20,221 bases of DNA from Pseudomonadota bacterium (lineage in GTDB: Bacteria > Desulfobacterota > Desulfobacteria > Desulfobacterales > JBDRRP01): the NCBI GenBank assembly GCA_043825735.1, contig JBDRRP010000139.1, forward strand, positions 126,001-146,221. The letters are read 5' to 3'. The notes under the pieces were generated by a model that was given only the letters and a program-made list of their open reading frames with translations, was not told the origin of the DNA and searched no databases. Positions 1-8,377 of this stretch are shown here, in pieces (position 1 is the first letter of the stretch; each line of letters opens with the position of its first letter). A program made the position numbers and the translations under genes.

Positions 1-744
1 GTAGAGGTCGGCGTAGGCACTCCCCAGGCTGTTGAGGCCCGCGGCGATGTCGTCGGGTTGGTTCAGTTGCCGGTTGCCGGCGAGCGCCTCTTCGTAGAGG
101 GGGATCGCCCGCTCATATTCCCCGAGGCCGGCATAGGCCCTGCCCATGTTGTGGAGCACCGCGGCGATCCCCCCGGCGTTTTTGAGCTTCCGGTTGGTCC
201 GCAGCGCAAATTCCAGGGACGTGATCGCTTCGCGGTATTTGCCGATATAGACCTTTGCGGAACCCAGGTGATAGGCCGAAAGGGCTGAAAATTCCTCTTC
301 GTTTATGTCCATGAAGATCTTCAGGGCGTCCTGGATGTGGGTCAGGGCCGCATCGTAGCGCCTGAAGGTGCGGTATTCGAGCACCCCGATGTTGAGCAAG
401 TTGACGGCCATGTCCGGAGGGCTGTTCAGTTTCCGGTAGATTTCCAGCGACGCCTGGTAGCTGGCCAGGGCCTGCCGGTCGTCTTTGATGCCTTCGTAGG
501 CCAGCGCCAGGTTGTAACAGGTGGTGCCGGCCCCATCGAGATCGCCGGCCCGGCGAAAAGCCTCCAGCGCGCGCTGGTAGTAGCCGATGGCCTCTGTAAA
601 TCGGTTCTGCTGGTAGGCCGCCTGGCCCTGGTCCCATAGCGCTTCGGCCTCCGGCGCGCCGGCGTGCGCCGGGGCTGGGATTTGAACGGCCGAGAGGAAA
701 AGAAGCCACAGGGTGCAAGCTGCGGATCGGAAAGCGGGCGTCAT
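1..744 (-). CDS. Secreted tetratricopeptide-repeat (TPR) protein, 5' part only (continues past the left edge)
   Basis: Not in the ORF track because it has no stop in the window. My translation from ATG at 744 (RBS GGAGG just upstream) gives MTPAFRSAACTLWLLFLSAVQIPAPAHA (signal peptide-like, AxA), then ~40-aa TPR units such as EAIGYYQRALEAFRRAGDLDGAGTTCYNLALAY, QALASYQASLEIYRKLNSPPDMAVNLLNIG and ERAIPLYEEALAGNRQLNNPDDIAAGLNSLGSAY. The frame stays open to base 1. Confidence 0.88.
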   Translation of the reverse strand, partial: MTPAFRSAACTLWLLFLSAVQIPAPAHAGAPEAEALWDQGQAAYQQNRFTEAIGYYQRALEAFRRAGDLDGAGTTCYNLALAYEGIKDDRQALASYQASLEIYRKLNSPPDMAVNLLNIGVLEYRTFRRYDAALTHIQDALKIFMDINEEEFSALSAYHLGSAKVYIGKYREAITSLEFALRTNRKLKNAGGIAAVLHNMGRAYAGLGEYERAIPLYEEALAGNRQLNQPDDIAAGLNSLGSAYADLY

Positions 745-854
745 AACACCTCCAAGGAAGGGTTCACTTCAGGAAGGAAAACGCTACACCACAAAACGAT
801 GCCCGGGCAATGGGAATCGGCGGGGGGCGAGGGCGGGATTCAGGGATTGAGAGA

Positions 855-907
855 CCCCGGCGCCCGCAACACCCGCTTTGTCGTCGGCGGGGAGGTGCGC
901 GCCGGGG
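855..907. terminator. GC-rich stem-loop just downstream of the sensor gene; possible terminator
   Basis: Arms CCCCGGCGC..CGCA and TGCG..GCGCCGGGG lie about 20 nt past the stop at 928. No clear U-tract. Confidence 0.3.
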
Positions 908-927
908 CCTGGACCGGCGCCGGCGGC

Positions 928-2235
928 TCATTTGCGATCGGATGCCCGGTCGATGTCGATGATGGTTTTCTCCAGATAGCTTTTGGTTTCGTAGCGTGCG
1001 ATTCTCATCAGCTTGGTGCTGATGACCTTCAGTCGCTCCACCTGCGCGATGATTTTTGCGAGCCGGTTGGTAACGGCTTCATGCCCGGGGGTGTCCAGCC
1101 CGAGTAGTTCCACATAGCCGAGGATCGCCATGAGGGGCTGGTTCATCTCATGGCACACGGCTCCGGCCATCTCCAGCACCCCCTGGAGGCGCTCCTTTTC
1201 CCGCAGGGCCTCCTCCTTGCGCCGTCGATCCGTGGTGTCCTCGAAAATTCCGATGGCGCCGGCGATGTCTCCCTCCGGGGCTCGGATGGGTTGGGTCAGC
1301 ACTCGCAGCGAGATGACTTTTTTGGAAATAATCGAGGTGTAATCCCCGTTGAAAGCCCCTTGGCGGCCGGCCAGGGCGTCGGTAATGGCGTGGTTCATCT
1401 CCGGATTCTCCACCTGTGCAATCGTATTGATTCCCTGCAGGATGTCGGCGGGCACTGCGAGGATGCGCGAAAACGCTTCGTTGAAGTCGATGATGACCCC
1501 ATGGCGGTCGACCTGGACGATGCCCAGCGGCGACTGGTTGAACAGCAGGCGGTATCGTCGCTCGTTGTCCCTGAGCGCCAGTTCCATCTGCTGGTTGTTC
1601 ATGGTCATCAGCCCGATCATGAGCAGTATGTCGGCCAGGCCGTAGACGATGACGCTGAACCCGTGAAGGGTTCCGGCGGTCATGAAATCCGTCAGGTGCC
1701 CCTCGAGCAGGAGGGTGACCGTCGCGCGGGCGGCGAAAAATGCCGCTGACAGCAGACCGGTCCCCATCACCAGGAGGTTGTTCACGGGGGACGGGGAACG
1801 ACCGCCGCGGTGCACAGCCCAGGCGATTTGAAGATAGACCAGCATCAGGGCCAGGGAGATGACGACGATCCGGGCGCTGACGTCGGGATGCCGGAAGGTG
1901 AAGAGGAAAAACAGAATCACTACGGCGGCGGTGAGCAGGATATCTGGTGCCGGGGACGTGGTGCGGCCCGCGAAACGTAGGATACCGCGGTGAATCAACA
2001 TGAGGTGGATCAGAAACAGTGTGTTGGCCGCCACCACGGTGAGGATGTCGGGCAACAGATGTCGCAGGCTCAGCAGGATCATGGCGGCGCCGTTCAACAC
2101 GAACGCCAGGGTCCAGAGGTGGAAGCCGCTGTAGGTTTTTTGCCGGGCTGCGGCGTAGACCATGGCCGCGGCCAAGGTGAGGGCGATGGCGCCAAATACG
2201 GTGAACAGGGTCCGGATGTCCAGCGACGATTCCAT
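928..2235 (-). CDS. Membrane sensor: ~7 TM helices + PAS domain + HisKA-type phospho-acceptor helix, no HATPase domain
   Basis: Hydrophobic N-terminal ~210 aa; PAS-like segment (RYRLLFNQSPLGIVQVD...FNEAF...GIFEDTTDRRR); H-box LEMAGAVCHEMNQPLMAILG about 75 aa from the C-terminus; no N/G1/F/G2 boxes. Confidence 0.85.
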   Translation of the reverse strand: MESSLDIRTLFTVFGAIALTLAAAMVYAAARQKTYSGFHLWTLAFVLNGAAMILLSLRHLLPDILTVVAANTLFLIHLMLIHRGILRFAGRTTSPAPDILLTAAVVILFFLFTFRHPDVSARIVVISLALMLVYLQIAWAVHRGGRSPSPVNNLLVMGTGLLSAAFFAARATVTLLLEGHLTDFMTAGTLHGFSVIVYGLADILLMIGLMTMNNQQMELALRDNERRYRLLFNQSPLGIVQVDRHGVIIDFNEAFSRILAVPADILQGINTIAQVENPEMNHAITDALAGRQGAFNGDYTSIISKKVISLRVLTQPIRAPEGDIAGAIGIFEDTTDRRRKEEALREKERLQGVLEMAGAVCHEMNQPLMAILGYVELLGLDTPGHEAVTNRLAKIIAQVERLKVISTKLMRIARYETKSYLEKTIIDIDRASDRK

Positions 2236-2353
2236 GGGCGGCCTCTTGATTTCTAATGCCGGGTTCTCGGGAAATCATGGCCCGTGGGTATTATCTCAGA
2301 TCCGGAGGCCCGTGGCAAAGTGAATTCCGCCCGGGTCGGTCGATACCCCGTCG

Positions 2354-3025
2354 TTACGGCGGTCCACCGGGTGCCGGTTCCGGCAGGCTTCCGTCCTTGA
2401 GAAGGAGTGCGCCCACGGGGCAGACCCGGATGCAGGCCAGGCACTCGGCGCAGGCCGCAGCGGTCTTTTCGGTGATGCCAAAGCTGGTGATGAGGGTCTT
2501 AAAACCCCGCCCGGCAAAGGACAGCTGCACGTTCGGGTGGTGCTTCCGGCAGATCCGGATACATTTACCACACAGAATGCACCGGTGAGGCAGGTAGTCG
2601 AACTGCGGGTGGGTGGTGTCTGCGGCGCCATTTGCGAGCAGGCCGGGGTGGGGGGCGCTGGTCAGTCCGATGCCCAGAAACCGCGCCGTGTCCTGGAGAC
2701 CGCAGCGGCGGTTGGCCGCACAGGCGGCGCAGTCGATGTGGTGGGCGGACAGCAGCAAACGGAGTGCGCTTTTTTGGAGCTCCCGGACGCGGGCGGTATT
2801 GGTAAAGACTTCCATACCCTCGGTCGCTGTGACGGTGCAGGCGCACAGCGGTCTCACGGCGCCGGCCACTTCAACGAGGCAGAGCCGGCAGGCACCGCCG
2901 GGCTCGGGGCTTTCAGGAAGATAGCACAGGTGGGGAACGAAAATGCCGCTGGCAAGGCACACCGACAGCAGGTCGGCACCGGTGGCAGCGGTGACGGCGC
3001 GCCCGTCGATGGTGAGCCGGATCAT
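2354..3025 (-). CDS. 2Fe-2S/4Fe-4S iron-sulfur subunit (NuoG N-terminal/HoxU/HydA-N-like)
   Basis: True start is most likely MIRLTIDG at 3025 (ATGA overlap with the upstream stop). Motifs: PHLC...GACRLC...C (2Fe-2S), HHIDCAACAANRRC (His-ligated 4Fe-4S), RCILCGKC and CAECLACIRVCP (two 4Fe-4S). Confidence 0.88.
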   Translation of the reverse strand: MIRLTIDGRAVTAATGADLLSVCLASGIFVPHLCYLPESPEPGGACRLCLVEVAGAVRPLCACTVTATEGMEVFTNTARVRELQKSALRLLLSAHHIDCAACAANRRCGLQDTARFLGIGLTSAPHPGLLANGAADTTHPQFDYLPHRCILCGKCIRICRKHHPNVQLSFAGRGFKTLITSFGITEKTAAACAECLACIRVCPVGALLLKDGSLPEPAPGGPP

Positions 3026-4977
3026 TGCGCGCCCTCCGTGGATTTTTTTTCTTCGGGTCGGGGCACCACCGGCGCCAGAGACGGCGGGGAGACCTTGCGC
3101 ACCGCGTCGTACTCGGGCGGGCAGGCTACCATGCACTCACCGCATTTGACGCACAGCGTCTGGTCGATGCCTTTTTTTCGGGTGCTGGTGGTGAAGACGG
3201 CCTCCACCGGGCAGCATCCCACGCAGGCGTCACAGCCACGGGCGCATTTTTCCAGGTCGATGTAAAACGCCGTGAGCGGGCGGCAGGCCCGGCCCGGGCA
3301 CCGGCCCTCGTGGACGTGGGCTTCAAATTCTTCACGAAAATAGGTGAGTGCGGTGATGACGGGATTGGGGGCGGTGCGACCCAGGGCGCACAGCGAGCCC
3401 TGCCCCACATCTCGGCTCAGGGCCTCCAGCCGGTCCAGATCCTCGGCAATCGCTTCGCCCCGCGTGAGCCGTTCCAGGATGGTGAGCATGTGAAAGGTGC
3501 CGATGCGGCAGAACGTGCATTTGCCGCAGGACTCTTTCTGGGTGAAGTCGAGAAAATACCGGGCCATCTCCACCGGGCAGGTATCCTCATCCATGACCAC
3601 CATGCCGCCCGAGCCCATCATGGCGCCGGCCTCGGTGAGCGAGTCGAAATCGATGGGAGTGTCGAGAAAGGCTTCCGGCAGGCAGCCCCCGGAAGGGCCG
3701 CCGATCTGAACGGTCTTGAACCGTTTCTTGTTGGCGATGCCGCCGCAGACATCGAAAATGAGGTGCCTGAGCGTAGTCCCCATGGGGATTTCCACCAGGC
3801 CCGGGTGCACCACGCTGCCCACCACTGAAAAGATGGCTGTGCCCGGACTGGTGGCCGTTCCCGTGGCGCGAAACGTCGCACCACCGTCGCGGACGATGCC
3901 CGGAACGGCCGCCAGGGTCTTCACGTTGTTGATGACCGTGGGCCGGCGGTGCAGGCCGCAGGCGGCGGGGTAGGGCGGGCGCGGCACCGGCATGCCGCGA
4001 AAGCCTTCCATGGAGCGGATCAGCGCCGTCTCCTCGCCGCAGACGAACGCCCCGGAGCCCTGAAACACGTCGATGAAAAGGCTCATGCCGCTGCCCAGGA
4101 TGTTTTCTCCCAGCAGATTCGATGCCTCGGCCTGGGCGATGGCCCGGGTGACGGTGCTGACCGCCAGGGGATATTCGGCGCGCACGTAAATCGTTGCCCT
4201 CTGGGCGCCCACGACCCTGGCGCAGATGGCCAGTCCCTCAATGATCTGGTGCGGGTTGCTCTCGAGCAGGGTGCGGTCCATGTAGGCGCCGGGATCGCCC
4301 TCGTCGGCGTTGCAGATGACGATTTTTTCAGCAAACGGCGCTGCCAGGGCCGCCGCCCATTTATCGCCGGTGGGGAACCCGGCGCCGCCGCGGCCGCGCA
4401 ATCCGGCCGTTCGGATGTTCTCGAGGATGGTTTCGGCCGGCGCGTCGATGGCCGTGGCCAGCGACGCGTAACCGTCCGCGGCCAGGTATTCGTCCAGGCT
4501 GCCTGGATCGATGCGGCCGCACAGATCCATGATGACCCGGGTTTCGCCGCTGAACCGCGGGAAGACGGATACCGGGGGGATCAGGTCGTTTTCTTCCATG
4601 GCCCCCAGGATGTGCTCCAGGCGGGGGTCGCCCTCTTCTATAAAGAGCTTGGTGAGCATGCGGGCCTTGCCCGCTGTGACCTCGGGGTAGAAAATCGGCG
4701 GAAACCCGGATGCCGGATGATCGATGATCACCACCGGCTCGGCATAGCAGTGCCCGTTGCACCCCACGGTGTGAATTCGTGCGGTGAGACCGCGCTCGGC
4801 CAGGGCCGCCTCGAAGGCCGCCCTGGTTTCCAGTGCACCGGCGGCGATGCCGCAGGTGGCGGTGCCGATATGGATGGTGGGCACGGCGGACGCGGCCAGG
4901 TCCGCCAGGCGTGATTCGGCATCGCGGCGGCGTTCTTCGTAGGCAGTGCCAACGGCACTATGCAGTATCTGCGTCAT
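3022..4977 (-). CDS. nuoF: NADH/FMN-binding flavoprotein subunit, NuoF/HydB/HoxF-like, with N-terminal 2Fe-2S thioredoxin-like and C-terminal 2x[4Fe-4S] domains
   Basis: Motifs GLRGRGGAGFPTG, CNADEGDPGAYMDR, GAFVCGEET, GGPSGGC, ESCGKCTFCR, SLCALG, CARGCDACVGCCP and CVKCGECMVACP. Start reassigned to MTQILHS at 4977; the ORF-track extension to 5220 overlaps nuoE. Symbol denotes family only. Confidence 0.92.
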   Translation of the reverse strand: MTQILHSAVGTAYEERRRDAESRLADLAASAVPTIHIGTATCGIAAGALETRAAFEAALAERGLTARIHTVGCNGHCYAEPVVIIDHPASGFPPIFYPEVTAGKARMLTKLFIEEGDPRLEHILGAMEENDLIPPVSVFPRFSGETRVIMDLCGRIDPGSLDEYLAADGYASLATAIDAPAETILENIRTAGLRGRGGAGFPTGDKWAAALAAPFAEKIVICNADEGDPGAYMDRTLLESNPHQIIEGLAICARVVGAQRATIYVRAEYPLAVSTVTRAIAQAEASNLLGENILGSGMSLFIDVFQGSGAFVCGEETALIRSMEGFRGMPVPRPPYPAACGLHRRPTVINNVKTLAAVPGIVRDGGATFRATGTATSPGTAIFSVVGSVVHPGLVEIPMGTTLRHLIFDVCGGIANKKRFKTVQIGGPSGGCLPEAFLDTPIDFDSLTEAGAMMGSGGMVVMDEDTCPVEMARYFLDFTQKESCGKCTFCRIGTFHMLTILERLTRGEAIAEDLDRLEALSRDVGQGSLCALGRTAPNPVITALTYFREEFEAHVHEGRCPGRACRPLTAFYIDLEKCARGCDACVGCCPVEAVFTTSTRKKGIDQTLCVKCGECMVACPPEYDAVRKVSPPSLAPVVPRPEEKKSTEGAQ

Positions 4978-5494
4978 CTCTTCGATCTTCTCTTTCCGCT
5001 TTTTCTTTTTCGATCTGATGGCGCAGCACCAGCCCTTCGGTTTTGCTGGGGGCCATGTGGCCGTGCACCGCGTCGCCCACCAGGGCCACCGGCGCCAGGG
5101 CGCAGCATCCCACACAAGCCACCCGCTCCAGGCTGTACTCGCGATCGGCCGTGGTCTCGCCTTCGACGATGCCCAGCCGGCGCTCAAAATTTTCCAGTAT
5201 GATGTCGCCGCCGCGCACATGGCAGGCGGTGCCCAGGCAGACCTTGATGGGGTGGCGGCCGGGCGGTGTGAATCGAAACTGATTGTAAAAGGTGGCGACG
5301 CCGTAGATTTCGCTGATGGGGATGCCCAGGTGGGTGGCGGCCATTTCCATGGCTTCGACGGGCACGAACCGGCAGAGCGCCATGATCATCTGCAGGATCG
5401 GGATGAGCTGGGTGCGGTTACGAGCAATGCCGGACAGTCGCTGTCTGACAGCGCCTAAATTGCGGTGGTCGTCTTCCGTCAATGCGTGGGGCAA
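4958..5494 (-). CDS. nuoE: NuoE/HydC/HoxE-like 2Fe-2S subunit
   Basis: LIPILQ, EIYGVATFYNQF, VCLGTACHVRG and VACVGCCALAP. TTG start preceded by GGAGG. Symbol denotes family only. Confidence 0.92.
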   Translation of the reverse strand: MPHALTEDDHRNLGAVRQRLSGIARNRTQLIPILQMIMALCRFVPVEAMEMAATHLGIPISEIYGVATFYNQFRFTPPGRHPIKVCLGTACHVRGGDIILENFERRLGIVEGETTADREYSLERVACVGCCALAPVALVGDAVHGHMAPSKTEGLVLRHQIEKEKAEREDRRDDADTA

Positions 5495-5666
5495 GGGCAG
5501 ACCTCCGGAAAACTGCGCTGACGATATGACGATGGCAGATATTTATTTGCCCGTTCACTGCCGGCGTACCCGCGGTGATTGCACTCTCTGATAACAATCG
5601 GGCGCCGGTGGTGCTTAGAAACTATTTCAACAATCTCTTTTTTGAGATGGGCGATAGTGTCGTCGT

Positions 5667-6086
5667 TCACGCCGGGTCCTTTTCGTAGCAGGCCAAAAGC
5701 CGCTTGCCCAGTGCGCGCGCGAGTTGCGCATAGAATAACGTCGCAGCTTCCGGCTCCGAGGACAGAAGATCGAGAAAGCCGGCGGCCGGGAATTTGAGCA
5801 ACAGGGTTGAGGATGTGCTCACGGCGGTGGCGGTGTATGTCGGATTGCCGATGAGGCTGGACCACCCGAAGAGTTCTCCAACACGGCAGCCGTTGTAAAC
5901 GGTGCCGGAGCCTTCCACGCGCAGCGTCGCACAGCCGTCGATGAGGATAAAAAAATGGTGGGCAGCTTCTCCCTGGGAGAAAATGACGCAGCCCTCGGGC
6001 AGACTCAAGCGCTCGGAGAGGGCCATAGCGTTTTTGAGAAACTGGTGCCCCATGCCGAGAAACAAGTCGGACTGGCTAAGATACAT
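5667..6086 (-). CDS. Cyclic-nucleotide-binding (cNMP/Crp effector) domain protein, no HTH
   Basis: EGCVIFSQGEAAHHFFILIDG, GELFGWSSL and YTATA match the cNMP-binding fold. Start near MYLSQSDLF after GGAGAGGAG; ~139 aa. Confidence 0.82.
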   Translation of the reverse strand: MYLSQSDLFLGMGHQFLKNAMALSERLSLPEGCVIFSQGEAAHHFFILIDGCATLRVEGSGTVYNGCRVGELFGWSSLIGNPTYTATAVSTSSTLLLKFPAAGFLDLLSSEPEAATLFYAQLARALGKRLLACYEKDPA

Positions 6087-6229
6087 GGCCAAAATCTCCT
6101 CTCCGTGTCGGGCGCCGGTCTTTACAGCGGGGGGTGTTGCGCTGCGCGCAGGCACCCGGGAGTGTGGATACCCACTTCCGGTGCGGCAACGGGAGAATTG
6201 TTAGCCCTTCCGGCGGCAAATGTCAATTT

Positions 6230-6670
6230 GGCGGGCGGGAACGGGCTGAGGGCGGACGACAGAGGGCAGAAAAAGCTACTGCAACTGCAAGGGCGGTTTA
6301 TCCACAGATTTCACAGATTAACACAGATTAAAATCAACAGGTGGGCGGCCTGCGGCCGGGAACTGATAGAGGACAGAGGACCCGCCTTCGCTATAAATAG
6401 CTACGGCGGGCATGCAGACGACAGAGGACAGAAAAAGCGACTGCAACTGCGAAATCGGACGCGGATGAACGCTGATAAACGCGGATAAAGATTGGCGGCC
6501 TGCGGCCGGAAAGCAACGGCAACTGCAAGTCTGGCAAGGATTACGCGGATGAACGGCCTTCGGGCGGGAACGGCCAGATGGCGGAGGGCGGAGGACAGAT
6601 GACGGATGACAGCAACGGCGAAAACCAGAACCCGACTGCTCGCGCTGAGACGCAGAGGCGCTGAGAAAAC
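6230..6670 (+). repeat. Cluster A of modular intergenic repeats
   Basis: GGCGGCCTGCGGCCGG at 6344 and 6494; GCAACTGC three times; (CACAGATT)x3 at 6303-6329; (ACGCGGAT)-type x3 at 6459-6488; 7-nt GACAGAG/GACGGAT runs; hairpin CCCGCC..GGCGGG at 6381-6410; CTCGCGCTGAGACGCAGAGGCGCTGAG at 6639-6665. Confidence 0.8.
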
Positions 6671-6740
6671 CAAAAATTGGCCATTGCACCGAAGCGCCCA
6701 TCGCGGCATTTCATATGGGCACAGTGGGACCCTAAATCGT

Positions 6741-6767
6741 GTAGGGTGCGGGGTTTATCCCCGCCCG
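6741..6767 (+). repeat. GTAG-type REP-like palindrome
   Basis: GTAG followed by imperfect hairpin GGTGCGGGG-TTTAT-CCCCGCCC, the architecture of REPs associated with RAYT/IS200-type HuH transposases. Confidence 0.55.
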
Positions 6768-6868
6768 TGCACGGTGAACAAGAACGGTTGGGGGCATCTT
6801 GGCCGATTGCGAGAGATAATATGTTTTTCCGTTGTTTCGTCCGCTGATGGTTGTTCACTGAGCACTGG

Positions 6869-7894
6869 CTATGGTTCCATCAGCCGGTGGGGCAGGCTTT
6901 CCATACGGCCGGCCGGGGTGATGCGGATGTAGTCCAGCTTGCGCTGGAGTTCGCGGATGGTGGAGGCGCCGCCATAGGTGAGCCCTGACCGGAGGCCGCC
7001 GACGATGTCGGCCAGTATGCGATCTTCAGTCTGTCTGAACGGGACGTAAGTGGCCACGCCTTCCGCGGTCTTCCATTCGGCCATGCCGCCGTGAAAGTCG
7101 TCCTGGGCCTCGCTGCTGGCCATGCCCCGGTAGCATTTCACGCCTTCCTCCTGGCCATCGGCGGTTTTTCGGGTAATGACTTCGCCCGGCGTCGGAGTGG
7201 TGCCGGCCAGCATGCTGCCCACCATGACGAAGTCGGCACCGAAGGCCAGCGCCTTGACGATGTCGCCGGGGCTTCGGATGCCGCCGTCGGCCACCAGGGA
7301 GCGGTCCACACGGGAGCACTGCCTGATGGCGGTCAGGTTGGGCACGCCAAAGCCGGTCTTGATGCGGGTGGTACAGACCGAGCCGCCGCCGATGCCCACC
7401 TTGACGATGTCGGCGCTGCAGGAAGCCAGGTAGTCGGCACCGGCATAGGTGGCCACGTTGCCGGCCATGATACAGCTCTCTTTGCCTAGCATGTCTCGGA
7501 TGGTTTTAAGGGTCCGGCCCACGTAACGGGCATGGGCATGGGCCACGTCGACACAAAACAGGTTCGCTCCGGCACCGCGCAGCGCCTCGGCCCGGGTGAG
7601 CTCTTCGTGGGTGGTGCCGATGGAGACGAAGGTCTGGTGCGTGCAGCGCTTGAACATGGCCACGTTGTCTTCGATGCTGCAAAAGCGGTGAAGCACGCCG
7701 ATTCCGCCTTTGGTGCCCATGAAATCGGCCATGCGGGCACCGGTGACGGTATCCATGTTGGCGCTCATGAGCGGCAGCGCGAGTGTCAGCTTACCGGACT
7801 TGTCGGTGACGGAGATATCGACAATGCGTCTGGATTCCCAGTGGTTGTAGGACGGTACCAGGAGGACGTCATCGTAAGTAATGGCTTCTGACAT
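6869..7894 (-). CDS. IMP dehydrogenase/GMP reductase family enzyme lacking CBS domains
   Basis: AITYDDVLLVP, PLMSANMDTVT, VDVAHAH, MAGNVAT, catalytic loop VKVGIGGGSVCTTR, ADGGIR..GDIVKALA and YRGMAS. Start MSEAIT at 7894 after GGAAA. guaB versus guaC cannot be decided by eye. Confidence 0.9.
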   Translation of the reverse strand: MSEAITYDDVLLVPSYNHWESRRIVDISVTDKSGKLTLALPLMSANMDTVTGARMADFMGTKGGIGVLHRFCSIEDNVAMFKRCTHQTFVSIGTTHEELTRAEALRGAGANLFCVDVAHAHARYVGRTLKTIRDMLGKESCIMAGNVATYAGADYLASCSADIVKVGIGGGSVCTTRIKTGFGVPNLTAIRQCSRVDRSLVADGGIRSPGDIVKALAFGADFVMVGSMLAGTTPTPGEVITRKTADGQEEGVKCYRGMASSEAQDDFHGGMAEWKTAEGVATYVPFRQTEDRILADIVGGLRSGLTYGGASTIRELQRKLDYIRITPAGRMESLPHRLMEP

Positions 7895-8093
7895 GCGGTT
7901 TTCCCTTTCTCCGGAGAGTATCATGGCTGGCTGCAAAGCGCCGACGCGGAGGGTATTATATACTGGATCGCCTTGGGTGCAAGGGGCAACCATGATCCCG
8001 GTCAGGAGGTTTCAAATGGGATCGCGGCCGCAGCGCTGCGTGCGAACCTCGAAGTGCACGAAGAAAACCTAATAAGCAAGCCCGAAAAGCGAT

Positions 8094-8123
8094 TCTCGCG
8101 CAGAGGCGCAAAGACGCAGAGAA
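8094..8123 (+). repeat. Solo half-element of the CGCAGAG 9-nt periodic repeat family
   Basis: TCTCGCGCAGAGGCGCAAAGACGCAGAGAA is nearly identical to the reverse complement of 12465-12494. Confidence 0.65.
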
Positions 8124-8164
8124 CTGCAGTTTTAGGTGTCACGCGGCGCGCCCCCCGTCCGCGG

Positions 8165-8377
8165 TTAATGTGCGTGTGCCCCGGCTGTTTTGAGTTCCGG
8201 ACTAAAGAGCTCCCCGGCCCGTTGCAGCCTCATCAAATGGTCGGCGATGACCAGGGCGCCTTCTTCGACCCGGGCGACGCAGTGCGTGTGACCGTCGCCG
8301 GCCATGTAGACGGCGGCCTGCCGCGCCACGGAGGCCGGCCAGCCGGAGTCTTCGGGCAAGGAGATGGCAGGGATCAT
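8165..8377 (-). CDS. Small hypothetical protein (70 aa), last gene of the ars locus
   Basis: ATGA overlap with the arsM stop; RBS AAGGAGG upstream; contains HTHC. Confidence 0.55.
   Translation of the reverse strand: MIPAISLPEDSGWPASVARQAAVYMAGDGHTHCVARVEEGALVIADHLMRLQRAGELFSPELKTAGAHAH

Noticed and set aside
113..718. 201-aa minus-strand ORF and the plus-strand ORFs over 58-1107
   Set aside because: Shadow frames of the TPR gene in GC-rich DNA; Arg/Pro/Gly-rich with no motifs.
4978..5220. N-terminal extension of the 732-aa NuoF ORF
   Set aside because: It overlaps nuoE in another frame; the real start is probably ATG 4977.
2354..5494. Respiratory complex I operon or a complete hydrogenase
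   Set aside because: No membrane Nuo subunits and no H-cluster or NiFe catalytic subunit in the window.
5479..5670. Possible 63-aa ORF (GTG overlapping the cNMP gene stop) with IAHLKKEIVEIVSKH faintly resembling MinE
   Set aside because: Resemblance covers ~15 residues only, there is no minCD, and the rest is uninformative; cannot be supported as a gene.
6344..6509. Recurrent GGCGGCCTGCGGCCGG as a CRISPR repeat
   Set aside because: Only about 16 bp, two per cluster, irregular spacing (150, 65, 84 nt), spacers are themselves repetitive, and no cas genes are present.
6134..6932. Several short ORFs in the repeat-rich gap
   Set aside because: They are translations of the periodic repeats (e.g. 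YPQISQINTD), with no RBS or protein-like features.
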